Positions 10,941 to 22,693 of a stretch of 64,000 nt of DNA are shown piece after piece (the stretch's first letter is position 1; each line of letters begins with the position of its first letter). The position numbers and the translations under genes are program-made. A model generated the notes under the pieces. It was not told the DNA's origin. It worked only from the letters and a program-made list of their open reading frames with translations, and ran no database searches. Source of the stretch: Macrostomum lignano. Lineage: Eukaryota. The stretch covers positions 28,425 through 92,424 of the forward strand of contig NIVC01003535.1 in NCBI GenBank assembly GCA_002269645.1, in the 5' to 3' direction.

Positions 10941-13900
10941 ATGAAGCTGGCAAAGTCCTTCATCTCTGTTGGATTCATCATCGGCTGCCTGTACTGCGGC
11001 AAGGGCTCTGGCGATAGAGTGTGAGTAGCTCCCAGTGTATTGGAGACTGGCTTCATTCAGTGATTGCTTTTTTATTTTATTGCACTCGCTCTTAACTGGA
11101 TGAAGCAAGCTTGTGCTGTAATGTTTACCAAGGCGGCAGTTGAGGAAGCAAGCAGTCGAACCCATACCGCTGGCCCCAGAGCATGTACACAGATGGGTAT
11201 GGAGACACACGCTCACTCAGGGTGCACAGCGGCCATCAGGCAGTGTTCATTGCTTTTGTCCGTCAACTTGACTATGAAGCCACTGCCACCTGATTCCACC
11301 CAACAGTTCCACAAAGGAGCTTTGTCTATGGTCCTGACCCCTTCTATTCCGATGTTTATTCCACCAAATAGTTCCACAAAGGAGCTTTGTCTATGGTCCT
11401 GACCCCTTCTATTCCGATGTTTATTCCACCCAACAGTTCCACAAAGGAGCTTTGTCTATGGTCCTGACCCCTTCTATTCCGATGTTTATTCCACCCAACA
11501 GTTCCACAAAGGAGCTTTGTCTATGGTCCTGACCCCTTCTATTCCGATGTTTATTCCACCCAACAGTTCCACAAAGGAGCTTTGTCTATGGTCCTGACCC
11601 CTTCTATTCTGATGTTTATTCCACCCAACAGTTCCACAAAGGAGCTTTGTCTATGGTCCTGACCCCTTCTATTCCGATGTTTATTCCACCCAACAGTTCC
11701 ACAAAGGAGCTTTGTCTATGGTCCTGACCCCTTCTATTCCGATGTTTATTCCACTCAACAGTTCCACAAAGGAGCTTTGTCTATGGTCCTGACCCCTTCT
11801 ATTCCGATGTTTATTCCACCCAACAGTTCCACAAAGGAGCTTTGTCTATGGTCCTGACCCCTTCTATTCCGATGTTTATTCCACCCAACAGTTCCACAAA
11901 GGAGCTTTGTCTATGGTCCTGACCCCTTCTATTCCGATGTTTATTCCACCCAACAGTTCACAAAGGAGCTTTGTCTATGGTCCTGACCCCTTCTATTCCG
12001 ATGTTTATTCCACCCAACAGTTCCACAAAGGAGCTTTGTCTATGGTCCTGACCCCTTCTATTCCGATGTTTATTCCACCCAACAGTTCCACAAAGGAGCT
12101 TTGTCTATGGTCCTGACCCCTTCTATTCCGATGTTTATTCCACCCAACAGTTCCACAAAGGAGCTTTGTCTATGGTCCTGACCCCTTCTATTCCGATGTT
12201 TATTCCACCCAACAGTTCCACAAAGGAGCTTTGTCTATGGTCCTGACCCCTTCTATTCCGATGTTTATTCCACCCAACAGTTCCACAAAGGAGCTTTGTC
12301 TATGGTCCTGGCCCCTTCTATTCCGATGTTTATTCCACCAAACAGTTCCACAAAGGAGCTTTGTCTATGGTCCTGACCCCTTCTATTCCGATGTTTATTC
12401 CACCAAACAGTTCCACAAAGGAGCTTTGTCTATGGTCCTGGCCCCTTCTATTCCGATGTTTATTCCACCTAACAGTTCCACAAAGGAGCTTTGTCTATGG
12501 TCCTGACCCCTTCTATTCCGATGTTTATTCCACCCAACAGTTTCACAAAGGAGCTTTGTCTATGGTCCTGACCCCTTCTATTCCGATGTTTATTCCACCC
12601 AACAGTTCCACAAAGGAGCTTTGTCTATGGTCCTGGCCCCTTCTATTCTGATGTTTATTCCACCTAACAGTTCCACAAAGGAGCTTTGTCTATGGTCCTG
12701 ACCCCTTCTATTCCGATGTTTATTCCACCCAACAGTTTCACAAAGGAGCTTTGTCTATGGTCCTGACCCCTTCTATTCCGATGTTTATTCCACCCAACAG
12801 TTCCACAAAGGAGCTTTGTCTATGGTCCTGACCCCTTCTATTCTGATGTTTATTCCACTCAACAGTTCCACAAAGGAGCTTTGTCTATGGTCCTGACCCC
12901 TTCTATTCCGATGTTTATTCCACCAAATAGTTCCACAAAGGAGCTTTGTCTATGGTCCTGACCCCTTCTATTCCGATGTTTATTCCACCCAACAGTTCCA
13001 CAAAGGAGCTTTGTCTATGGTCCTGACCCCTTCTATTCCGATGTTTATTCCACCAACAGTTCCACAAAGGAGCTTTGTCTATGGTCCTGACCCCTTCTAT
13101 TCCGATGTTTATTCCACCCAACAGTTCCACAAAGGAGCTTTGTCTATGGTCCTGACCCCTTCTATTCCGATGTTTATTCCACCCAACAGTTCCACAAAGG
13201 AGCTTTGTCTATGGTCCTGACCCCTTCTATTCCGATGTTTATTCCACCCAACAGTTCCACAAAGGAGCTTTGTCTATGGTCCTGACCCCTTCTATTCCGA
13301 TGTTTATTCCACCCAACAGTTTCACAAAGGAGCTTTGTCTATGGTCCTGACCCCTTCTATTCCGATGTTTATTCCACCCAACAGTTCCACAAAGGAGCTT
13401 TGTCTATGGTCCTGACCCCTTCTATTCCGATGTTTATTCCACCCAACAGTTCCACAAAGGAGCTTTGTCTATGGTCCTGACCCCTTCTATTCCGATGTTT
13501 ATTCCACCCAACAGTTCCACAAAGGAGCTTTGTCTATGGTCCTGACCCCTTCTATTCCGATGTTTATTCCACCCAACAGTTCCACAAAGGAGCTTTGTCT
13601 ATGGTCCTGACCCCTTCTATTCCGATGTTTATTCCACCAAATAGTTCCACAAAGGAGCTTTGTCTATGGTCCTGACCCCTTCTATTCCGATGTTTATTCC
13701 ACCCAACAGTTCCACAAAGGAGCTTTGTCTATGGTCCTGACCCCTTCTATTCCGATGTTTATTCCACCAAACAGTTCCACAAAGGAGCTTTGTCTATGGT
13801 CCTGACCCCTTCTATTCCGATGTTTATTCCACCCAACAGTTCCACAAAGGAGCTTTGTCTATGGTCCTGACCCCTTCTATTCCGATGTTTATTCCACCCA

Positions 13901-16900
13901 ACAGTTCCACAAAGGAGCTTTGTCTATGGTCCTGACCCCTTCTATTCCGATGTTTATTCCACCCAACAGTTCCACAAAGGAGCTTTGTCTATGGTCCTGA
14001 CCCCTTCTATTCCGATGTTTATTCCACCCAACAGTTCCACAAAGGAGCTTTGTCTATGGTCCTGACCCCTTCTATTCCGATGTTTATTCCACCCAACAGT
14101 TTCACAAAGGAGCTTTGTCTATGGTCCTGACCCCTTCTATTCCGATGTTTATTCCACCCAACAGTTCCACAAGGCATAATCTATCTAGTCGAAAATGTAG
14201 AAGATAATTTATAAAAGACAACGGATATCATGCAAACGAAAGAGTCTGTTGGAATTTTTTAACGCTTTCAGAAAAAGCAAAATGCATTGACACTCTTCTA
14301 TTTTTCTTTTATTTCTCACTGCAAACAATATTCGCAGTCTGCCATTTCTTGAGCACAACCACACCGACCATTTGGCTGCTGCTCGGAAGCAGTCGCTGAG
14401 AATGTAAGTTCGTCAAGATTATCGGCGCGATTGTTTAGCGTTTCATTGATTTGTTAGAGTTACGGTTGTATCAGGATGCAATACTGGCGCTCTACATTAT
14501 GGACAAATCATTTGAAAGGCCAGATTTTCGCTTAGAAGTTGATTTTTCCAGTGTCAATAACTTCTATGGTAAAACCCTATTTGATGTCATACATTCTGCA
14601 AGAGCGCGAATATTTAAATCCTGTTCTCATACAACGGTAATTTCTAATGAGGATCCATGATTTTACGAACTCGTTTTTAACTCGCTACTAACTACTGCAA
14701 GTAGGCGATGTGGTCATCGATAGATGACTAGAACCAAAGAAAGCTTATTGTTCGAACCATAATATCAGTAGATTGTTTTGATTTATAAAAGTCGTACAAA
14801 ACGAACCATTTTTTGTTTTGACTAATACATTACTGACGTCAGTACTTTATTCTCTTGCTAATAGCCTGCCATTAGTAGCTAGAATAAGAAGTGGTAGCAA
14901 AGCGCATCTGCTTACGATATATGTAGCATAAAGCATGAAAGTAGCTGTTATTTTTGTTGCTTGGCTTAGTAACAGCTCGATTTGAGAATGCTTTGTATCA
15001 TACGAGCTATGTTTATTTTTAATCTGCGGAGTAGCGCTAAGGCTGAGTGGCATTGGTCACTCGCAGTCAGATATCGGGGGGGGGGAGAGAAGCAAGGGTG
15101 GATATAAGGCTGAGCGGCATTGGTCACTCGCAGTCAGATATCGGGGGGGGGGAAGAAGCAAGGGTGGAGATAAGGCTGAGCGGCATTGGTCACTCGCAGT
15201 CAGATATCGGGGGGAGGGGAAGAAGCAAGGGTGGAGATAAGGCTGAGCATCATTGGTCACTCGCAGTCAGATATCGGGGGGGGGGAGAGAAGCAAGGGTG
15301 GAGATAAGGCTGAGCATCATTGGTCACTCGCAGTCAGATATCGGGGGGGGGAAGAAGCAAGGGTGGAGATAAGGCTGAGCGGCATTGGTCACTCGCAGTC
15401 AGATATCGGGGGGAGGGGAAGAAGCAAGGGTGGAGATAAGGCTGAGCATCATTGGTCACTCGCAGTCAGATATCGGGGGGAGGGGAAGAAGCAAGGGTGG
15501 AGATAAGGCTGAGCGGCATTGGTCACTCGCAGTCAGATATCGGGGGGGGGAAGAAGCAAGGGTGGAGATAAGGCTGAGCGGCATTGGTCACTCGCAGTCA
15601 GATATCGGGGGGGAGGGGAAGAAGCAAGGGTGGAGATAAGGCTGAGCATCATTGGTCACTCGCAGTCAGATATCGGGGGGGGGGGGAAGAAGCAAGGGTG
15701 GAGATAAGGCTGAGCGGCATTGGTCACTCGCAGTCAGATATCGGGGGGGGGAAGAAGCAAGGGTGGAGATAAGGCTGAGCGGCATTGGTCACTCGCAGTC
15801 AGATATCGGGGGGAGGGGAAGAAGCAAGGGTGGAGATAAGGCTGAGCGGCATTGGTCACTCGCAGTCAGATGTCGGAGGGGAAGAGAAGCACGAATAGAG
15901 CTAAGCCTCACATCCTACTAGTGGGAAAATAATTTTGCCATCAAACTTGCAGAAGTATCGTGACTCCACGTGTTAATCTCCTGATTTCAGGAAGAACATC
16001 ATCGATCGTTTGCTAATAAATTACACAAGGCAAAACAGTCCTCACGGAGGTAGGTCAAAATAACCATCTTTGAATCATGAAAACGCATAAATGATTGCCC
16101 ACGCAAACACTGGACATTCTGTATTCACTCTGCAGACAAGCCAACAACAGTACACTTGGGGATTTACATCAACAGCTTTTATTCAATAAGCGAACAAACC
16201 ATGGTAATGTACTTGTTGTCTAGCTAAATTAAACTAACCAGCTCCCAAAAACGCAACCTCATCTTGATGAACAAAATTTTTCAGGACTACTCCGTGAACA
16301 TCTACCTCAGACAGCAGTGGTACGATCCGAGACTCAGGTTCAATAGAAGCGAAGGTCTGGACACCAAGGACTGCGTCAAACTGGAGGACAAGATCTGGGA
16401 GAAACTCTGGGTCCCGGATGTCTTCTTTCGGTATTCTAGAAACTTCTGAGTTTCCCCGAAATCCAAACTGAGTTGAAGTTGAAGGCGCTTTTGCACGCTT
16501 ATTTACAGAAACGAGAAAAAGGCTGACTTTCACCACGTCACCATCCCGAATCGCTTCATCAACCTTTATCCCGATGGGAAGCTGTGGTACGTCATGAAGT
16601 AAGTTGGCGACTGAGCAATGTGGTGTCCACCATTGTACACTATCGGAGCTGTTTGTACTCATCTAAGTGCTAATGACCTCATCCAATCACCAGATAGTGA
16701 AAATCACTTGTCACGTTATTGGCGTTGTAATGGCTATAGCCCTCAAAAGGGCCGTTGACGAGAGTACTGACGTTATTAGTCCCAAAAGGATGGTGAACTC
16801 AACAATGGCAGAGTAGAGTTTGTAGCGGTAGCACTTGGCAATGGCGGTATATAACAAAAGACGCCAACTGGTTTATAATTATCAATGTTTAATGTTAATA

Positions 16901-19718
16901 CAGAAGCTTATGGCGTTATGGGGCACTGGCGGCTGCAACAATGGGTTGATGCAATTTAGTGGTATAGATGAAAGTTGAGTAGATGATGATACTTGGGATG
17001 AAGCCGAGTAGCAAGTGATGGCTGTGAGCACAGTGATGGCAGTGAGTAACAGGTAGGCAACAGACAAAGTGGCGAGATTGGGCGTCGGCCCGTGGCAGTA
17101 TACAGTGGAGCAAGAGTGCGTAGGCAGTCTGGCCCAGACAGAGTGGAGCCGTGGCGAGAGATAAGGAGAGAGAAGGAAAGGAAGGCACGCCAAGAAAGGC
17201 AAGGACAGAAGTGAAAAAACCCCCAGCCCGCCGCCAGGCGGGGTTAATAAAGGAGCGCAGGAGGGTTAACATAATATATGCGGAGAGTTATCATTGGCTG
17301 GCGCGGGAAAACAAGAAACAGAAATTATCGATCGCGCGAGACCCTACAGGCGTACGCAAAGCTTACAAAGTACGCAGTGATTTAGCAATTGCTACAGATT
17401 AGTTGCACGCTACTACAAGTAAACGTGAGAATACACAATTGGAAATTTTAAATGAGAAATTGTAACGAAAATTGTAGTCCAACGGCCCTTTTGCGGGACC
17501 ACCTTAAACTAGCAACGTCACATCACTCCAACCCACCTCATTCACACCCACCTCACTCACACCCACCTCACTCACACCCACCTCACTCACACCCACCTCA
17601 TTCACACCCACCTCACTTACACCCACCTCACTCTCACCCAACTCACTCTCACCCAACTCACTCTCACCCACCTCACTTACACCCACCTCACTCTCACCCA
17701 ACTCACTCTCACCCAACTCACTCTCAACCACCTCATTCCACACCTACTTCACTCACACCCATCTCATCCACACCTGGCTTCGGTAATGTACTTTAATGTA
17801 CTTTAATGAACTTACTTCGGTAATATACTGTACTTTAAAGTAATGTACTTTACTCACACTCACCTCACTCCGCATCCGCCTCACTTCCGCGTATCCTAGT
17901 CGGCCTCTACTTATGGCTAAATTATCTAGTGAATAAATGACTCCAATTTATAAACTGCCGGTCCAAATTAGCATTCAAATTCAATTAAATTTTCACTCTC
18001 TCCTAACCTTCTCCACCGGACAGGATCTCCGCTACTCTATCCTGCATGATGCAGCTACAGAAATACCCGCTGGACACTCAAATATGTCCAATGATGCTGG
18101 AGAGTTGTGAGCTGATTTTCACTGATATGCATGTACAGTTGCATTTGTTATTGCATAAGGCTTTCTAACCCGCTGTCACCTTTCAATATTTATCCTCCAG
18201 TCGGCCACACAATGCACACAGTGGTGTTCAAGTGGCTGCCAAACAAATCGGTCGAGGCCACTGATGATCTGAGCATGCCCCAGTTTATTCTGAAAGGCTA
18301 TCCGACTAAAGAATGCTCAAAGAACTATACTACGGGAAGTTATCCCTGTCTGCAGGTGGATTTCATTCTGCAGAGAGATATTGGATACTTTATCATTCAG
18401 GTAAAAAAAATTATTTAGCGCTCTAGTAATAATGTGTTCAATAATAATGAGTCATCGTCTCTTGCCGCCAGGTGTACATTCCCACGGTTCTGATCGTCAT
18501 TCTCAGCTGGGTGGCTTTCTGGATTAACACGGAAGCCATTCCGGCAAGAGTCAGTTTGGGTCTTCTGACAGGTATGGTCTGGTTACATTGCTAGTGGCTC
18601 AGTAATACTTCATCATTCCCTACAGCTACTCGAAATTAGAAGCACCTCATTTACCACCAATCTCACTGCCTACTTAACTCCGCACCCACTTCACTCCGCA
18701 TCCACCTCCACGCCGCAGTCACTTAACCCCGCACCCACCTCTCTCTGCACCCACCTCACTCCGCACCCACCCCACTCTGCACCCACCTCACTCCGCACCC
18801 ACCTCACTCCGCACCCACTTCACTCCGCACCCACATCACTCTGCACCCACCTCACTCCGCACCCACTTCACTCCGCACCCACATCACTCTGCACCCACCT
18901 CACTCCGCACCCACCTCACTCCGCACCCACTTCACTCCGCACCCACATCACTCTGCACCCACCTCACTCCGCACCCACTTCACTCCGCACCCACATCACT
19001 CTGCACCCACCTCACTCCGCACCCACTTCAATCCGCACCCACATCACTCTGCACCCACCTCACTCCAAACCTGTGTATGATTTGAAGCTCATTCTACACG
19101 TTAGGGAAAAATTATAGTGATTAAATTTATTTCAAACAGTAGTATTGAATATATATTTATAAAAAAATAAATTAAACACCCACGTGAAACCGAATAAAAA
19201 AAAAGTGCTCACCATGACAACGCAATCCTCCGGAGCCGGCCAGTCGCTGCCCCGGGTGTCCTACATCAAAGCTATTGACGTCTGGATGAGTGTCTGTCTG
19301 GTGTTTGTGTTCGCATCGCTGCTGGAATTCGCCGTGGTCAATGTTTACAGTCGGCGAGACATCGGGCCAAAGAAGGCGTCTACTCGAACGCGCAGTGGCT
19401 CGGTGCCGCGGCGTTCCTTCACTTCCACATCGGCAACGCTGATTGAGTCTGGTGGACCGACTGACCAAGAAGGCAGCGTGAGTTCGAATAGAGCTTTGTA
19501 GGATGCACTTTAAAATATACAACGCAAATCGAATCAAACTTATTAACGCTCCGTTTTTTTAGCCGTCAGTCTGTTTGTCGCCTGGCAACGAGCTGTTCCC
19601 ATTGCAGCAGATCAACAATACGGCTCGAAAGATTGATAAAATTTCGCGCAGACTTTTTCCACTCAGTTTTATAATATTCAATGTAGTTTACTGGGTTATG
19701 TACGGCGTTGTTAAGTGA
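10941..19718 (+). CDS. Cys-loop ligand-gated chloride channel subunit (glycine receptor/GluCl-like), 439 aa, 11 coding exons
   Basis: Exons 10941-11020, 14338-14403, 15991-16049, 16136-16203, 16285-16430, 16509-16598, 18024-18106, 18201-18400, 18472-18571, 19206-19477, 19563-19718; all GT-AG with matching phases, 1320 nt in total. Signal peptide [24 protein letters not shown]; IIDRLLINY helix; [11 protein letters not shown]; WVPDVFF; Cys loop [15 protein letters not shown]; loop C cysteine pair [12 protein letters not shown]; M2 [17 protein letters not shown] (anion-selective PAR); M3 [21 protein letters not shown]; M4 [21 protein letters not shown]. Exons 1-3 are slightly less certain than exons 4-11. 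Confidence 0.93.
11294..14172. repeat. 65-bp minisatellite, ~44 near-identical copies (channel intron 1)
   Basis: Unit ccacccaacagttccacaaaggagctttgtctatggtcctgaccccttctattccgatgtttatt; period 65 (11296 to 11361); no spacers. Confidence 0.97.
15038..15880. repeat. ~65-68-bp minisatellite with variable poly-G, ~13 copies (channel intron 2)
   Basis: Unit aaggctgagcggcattggtcactcgcagtcagatatc(g)n-aagaagcaagggtggagat. Confidence 0.95.
17520..17770. repeat. 15-bp repeat (cacacccacctcact)n (channel intron 6)
   Basis: Direct reading. Confidence 0.9.
18655..19070. repeat. 16-bp repeat (ccgcacccacctcact)n (channel intron 9), related to the 15-mer at 17520
   Basis: Direct reading. Confidence 0.9.
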
Positions 19719-19965
19719 CTAAGTTTTATCGACGTAATGCGATCTGGAGTGCATTTTGCAATGTTGCTGTAACTGAATTTTCAAAGTGTCTTATAGAGTT
19801 TTGTGACGCGACCAGTGACGAGTGTTTCACTCTTCTTTCACGAGGGGTGTCCGGAAAGCTCTGACACACCTGAATTGAATTGATTACACCTGCCCCAATG
19901 GCCAGATGTGCAACCGACAGCTCAGTCGCAGCTTTCTATTGCGCGGCGCATCTGAAGGCTGCGTA

Positions 19966-20170
19966 CGGCTGTTCAGTCCAAGGACTGGGGGGTCGTCACA
20001 CACAGCCTTAATTACCCCAGCTAATGCTGGAACCTATTTTACAGCTGGGTGAACTGAAGCAATGCAGAGTTAAGTGTCCTGCTCAAGGACTTAAATTGTT
20101 GCAGTGGGATGAATCGAACCCCAGACCTTCAAGTCGTGAGTCCGAGGCTCTAACCACTAGGCTACAACAC
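19966..20170 (-). mobile_element. tRNA-derived CORE-type SINE (family 1), second copy
   Basis: Reverse complement of 9890-10097 over head and core. Confidence 0.8.
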
Positions 20171-20404
20171 CCAACTTGGCTACAACCCTTCTTCTTTTTA
20201 ACAAATTAAATCTAGCATGTTTTGGTCATGCCATTCAAAGGTAATGCTTGAAGAAAACCATCGCAATACTGCAGATTTGTGGGAATATTCCGGCCACCCC
20301 TCGATCGCATCTCAGTGCTGGAATTGCAGTTTCAACAGCAGCTTAGAGACCTCTCTTCTACTGGATACTGGAAGGCAATAACGAGTCCCAACTTTATTTA
20401 TCGC

Positions 20405-20577
20405 TAGGCATGTACACTTCACTATGCCTGGCGGGTTGGTCCTCAAGGGCGTTAATTGCACGAGCAGAGCCAAGCTAAGATCCAATTTAGCCCCAAATTA
20501 GTGTGACTGCACTTGGAATCGAGCCTGGGCCGCTGGCATATCAGAGCGCCGCGCTGGACAACTGGGCTACGGCTCCC
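20405..20577 (-). mobile_element. tRNA-derived SINE (family 2)
   Basis: Minus strand starts gggagccgtagcccagttg...ccaggctcgattccaag (A/B boxes); second copy at 30202-30375. Confidence 0.75.
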
Positions 20578-21442
20578 ATTCTTGTACTGCTTTTTTGATA
20601 GTTTTGGTTGTGAAATCGCGTCCTGAAAACTCTGAGTTGCATATTTGGCTGCTATTTGAGGTTGTTTTAAATAAAAATGCGTTGCAAGACTTTATCCGTA
20701 AAAATGGTTATATAGTTTAATATCAATAGAGGTATATAATTTATCGATGTGACAATATCAACACGACTGTTTATTGCGTTAACCGTCTGAGGTTAGTATT
20801 TACTTGCTCGCGAGATCGCCCGTCTCACGGCCGCCTCTCCAGTGCTTGAGTTGTCCATGATTCGCGCTAGGCAGCCAGCGCTCTGGCGCAGCTTGTGCCT
20901 CAGAACGAATGTCCCCTCGCTGCTGTGCATTGTGAGGCTTCGCTGCTGCCGCTGCGCCATCCTGATTGGCTGTCCGACGCTCTGGCCAATCAGATTAGGG
21001 TAGATAATCCGGCTGAATGGGTAGCGACCGTTCACTGAAGCCGCTGTAGTTACCCGCTTAACTCCAACTTGCTGACCGACCTTATTGTTGCTGCTGTAGA
21101 ATTGGCTGGTCAGCTCCTGACTTGGACCGAGGACGAGGGGAGCCGTCTGGTTCAGGGGAGGGGTGGTGGTGCGTCAGTGGGACGCTCGGAACTTCATTCA
21201 GAACATTTTGACCTTTGAGAACTGAACTGCGATTCTTGATGATAGTTTTTGGTCTGAATTTTGAGTGTCACTCCGATTGCTGTGTTGTGAGTGTGGTGTA
21301 TTTGGAGAGTGTCACTCCGATTGCTGTGTCGCGAGTGTGGTGTATTTGGAGAGTGTCACTTCGAGTACTGTGGTCTACGCTCAAATGAGTAGTTGGAATG
21401 AGTCACTCCGTACTTTTACGTGACAATGTGTACTGCATAGTG

Positions 21443-22693
21443 TCATTGTCGATTTCTATGATGTGATAGTGTGCTACTTTTGTGGGCAGTAGGATTAGAT
21501 TGAATTACCAATTTTACTCTGATTTCAGAGCATGTGTAATCGCCACAAAGCCATCCGCCACTTACCTGACCTGCCGGTTCGTGACTCGACCGCAGGTCAA
21601 AAGACCTGTTCGCGGCTTGCCCGCGCACCCGTCCGTAATATCCGATGCCGGGACGAGAATGTCGAAGTTTTGGCAGCAGCTGAGCTGCCTCCATCATCAC
21701 CCGATTTGGTGCCAGCTTCTGCTGATCTTGCCGACCAGTCTTGCCACTTCGTTTCGACAACACGTAGCTGCGCAAAGGAGGCAGTTGCTTAGATTGTTGC
21801 CACGTTGGAGTTGAATCCGATTGTTCAAATTCATTGCACTTCTTCTCTTCCGAGTTGTCATCATCCTGAAAAGCTTCTCGGACCTCTACTTTCATTGTTG
21901 GTAGCTTTATGTCTTGCTCCTTTTTGTGCTCTAGCTGCTTTCTATTATCACTGTCTTCGTGGCGTTTCACAAACTCCGCTTCCCGGTGCTTCATATCGTC
22001 TTCTTCCTTGCGCTCCGCATTCTCTTCTTCATGGTGCTTTGAAGCCTCTTTTTCCAGATGCTCTGCATCCTCGTCTCCTTGGTGCTCCACGTCCTCGTCT
22101 CCCTGGAGCTCTGCATCCTCGTCTCCCTGGCGCTCTGCATCCTCGTCTCCCTGGCGCTCTGCATCCTCGTCTCCCTGATGCTCTGCATCTTCGTCTCCCT
22201 GATGCTCTGCATCCTCGTCTCCCTGATGCTCTGCATCCTCGTCTCCCTGATGCTCTGCATCCTCGTCTCCTTGGTGCTCCACGTCCTCGTCTCCCTGATG
22301 CTCTGCATCCTCGTCTCCCTGATGCTCTGCATCCTCGTCTCCCTGATGCTCTGCATCCTCGTCTCCTTGGTGCTCCACGTCCTCGTCTCCCTGGAGCTCT
22401 GCATCCTCGTCTCCCTGGCGCTCTGCATCCTCGTCTCCCTGATGCTCTGCATCTTCGTCTCCCTGATGCTCTGCATCCTCGTCTCCCTGATGCTCTGCAT
22501 CCTCGTCTCCCTGATGCTCTGCATCCTCGTCTCCTTGGTGCTCCACGTCCTCGTCTCCCTGATGCTCTGCATCCTCGTCTCCTTGGTGCTCCACGTCCTC
22601 GTCTCCCTGATGCTCTGATTTTTCTTCTCCTCGATGCATCGCTTTCGCTTCTTCGTCTTCACGATTCTGATTCTCAGCTTCTTGACTCGTCAT
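21443..22693 (-). CDS. 416-aa ORF with acidic 9-aa repeats (EDAEHQGDE) and a non-repetitive C-terminal half; unknown, possibly TE-derived or an exon
   Basis: Frame stays open about 190 codons beyond the 27-bp repeat; a candidate donor CAG|gtaagt lies near 21565; no recognisable domain. Confidence 0.35.
   Translation of the reverse strand: MTSQEAENQNREDEEAKAMHRGEEKSEHQGDEDVEHQGDEDAEHQGDEDVEHQGDEDAEHQGDEDAEHQGDEDAEHQGDEDAEHQGDEDAERQGDEDAELQGDEDVEHQGDEDAEHQGDEDAEHQGDEDAEHQGDEDVEHQGDEDAEHQGDEDAEHQGDEDAEHQGDEDAEHQGDEDAERQGDEDAERQGDEDAELQGDEDVEHQGDEDAEHLEKEASKHHEEENAERKEEDDMKHREAEFVKRHEDSDNRKQLEHKKEQDIKLPTMKVEVREAFQDDDNSEEKKCNEFEQSDSTPTWQQSKQLPPLRSYVLSKRSGKTGRQDQQKLAPNRVMMEAAQLLPKLRHSRPGIGYYGRVRGQAANRSFDLRSSHEPAGQVSGGWLCGDYTCSEIRVKLVIQSNPTAHKSSTLSHHRNRQ
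22055..22620. repeat. 27-bp tandem repeat (gctctgcatcctcgtctccctgat-type variants), ~21 copies
   Basis: Direct reading; encodes 9-aa repeats in several frames. Confidence 0.95.

Noticed and set aside
11294-14172. CRISPR-like appearance of this and other regular arrays
   Set aside because: Units are contiguous with no unique spacers, there are no cas genes, and the context is eukaryotic.
14282-14337. ATG-CAT-TGA followed by a hydrophobic stretch, resembling a broken signal peptide
   Set aside because: It is the polypyrimidine tract of the exon 2 acceptor; a proper signal-peptide exon exists at 10941-11020.
14451-14660. 69-aa ORF and a possible 17-nt microexon (14552-14568) with the same phases as channel exon 3
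   Set aside because: Exon 15991-16049 supplies the conserved IIDRLLINY helix in the right phases; the microexon would delete it, so it is probably chance.
20748-21425. Solo LTR as a firm feature
   Set aside because: TG...CA ends and AATAAA are present but the flanks (atcga / atgtg) are not a TSD, and there is no PPT or PBS; kept only as a hypothesis.
21991-22662. EDAEHQGD repeats as a second neuropeptide precursor
   Set aside because: No basic cleavage sites between units and no signal peptide found.
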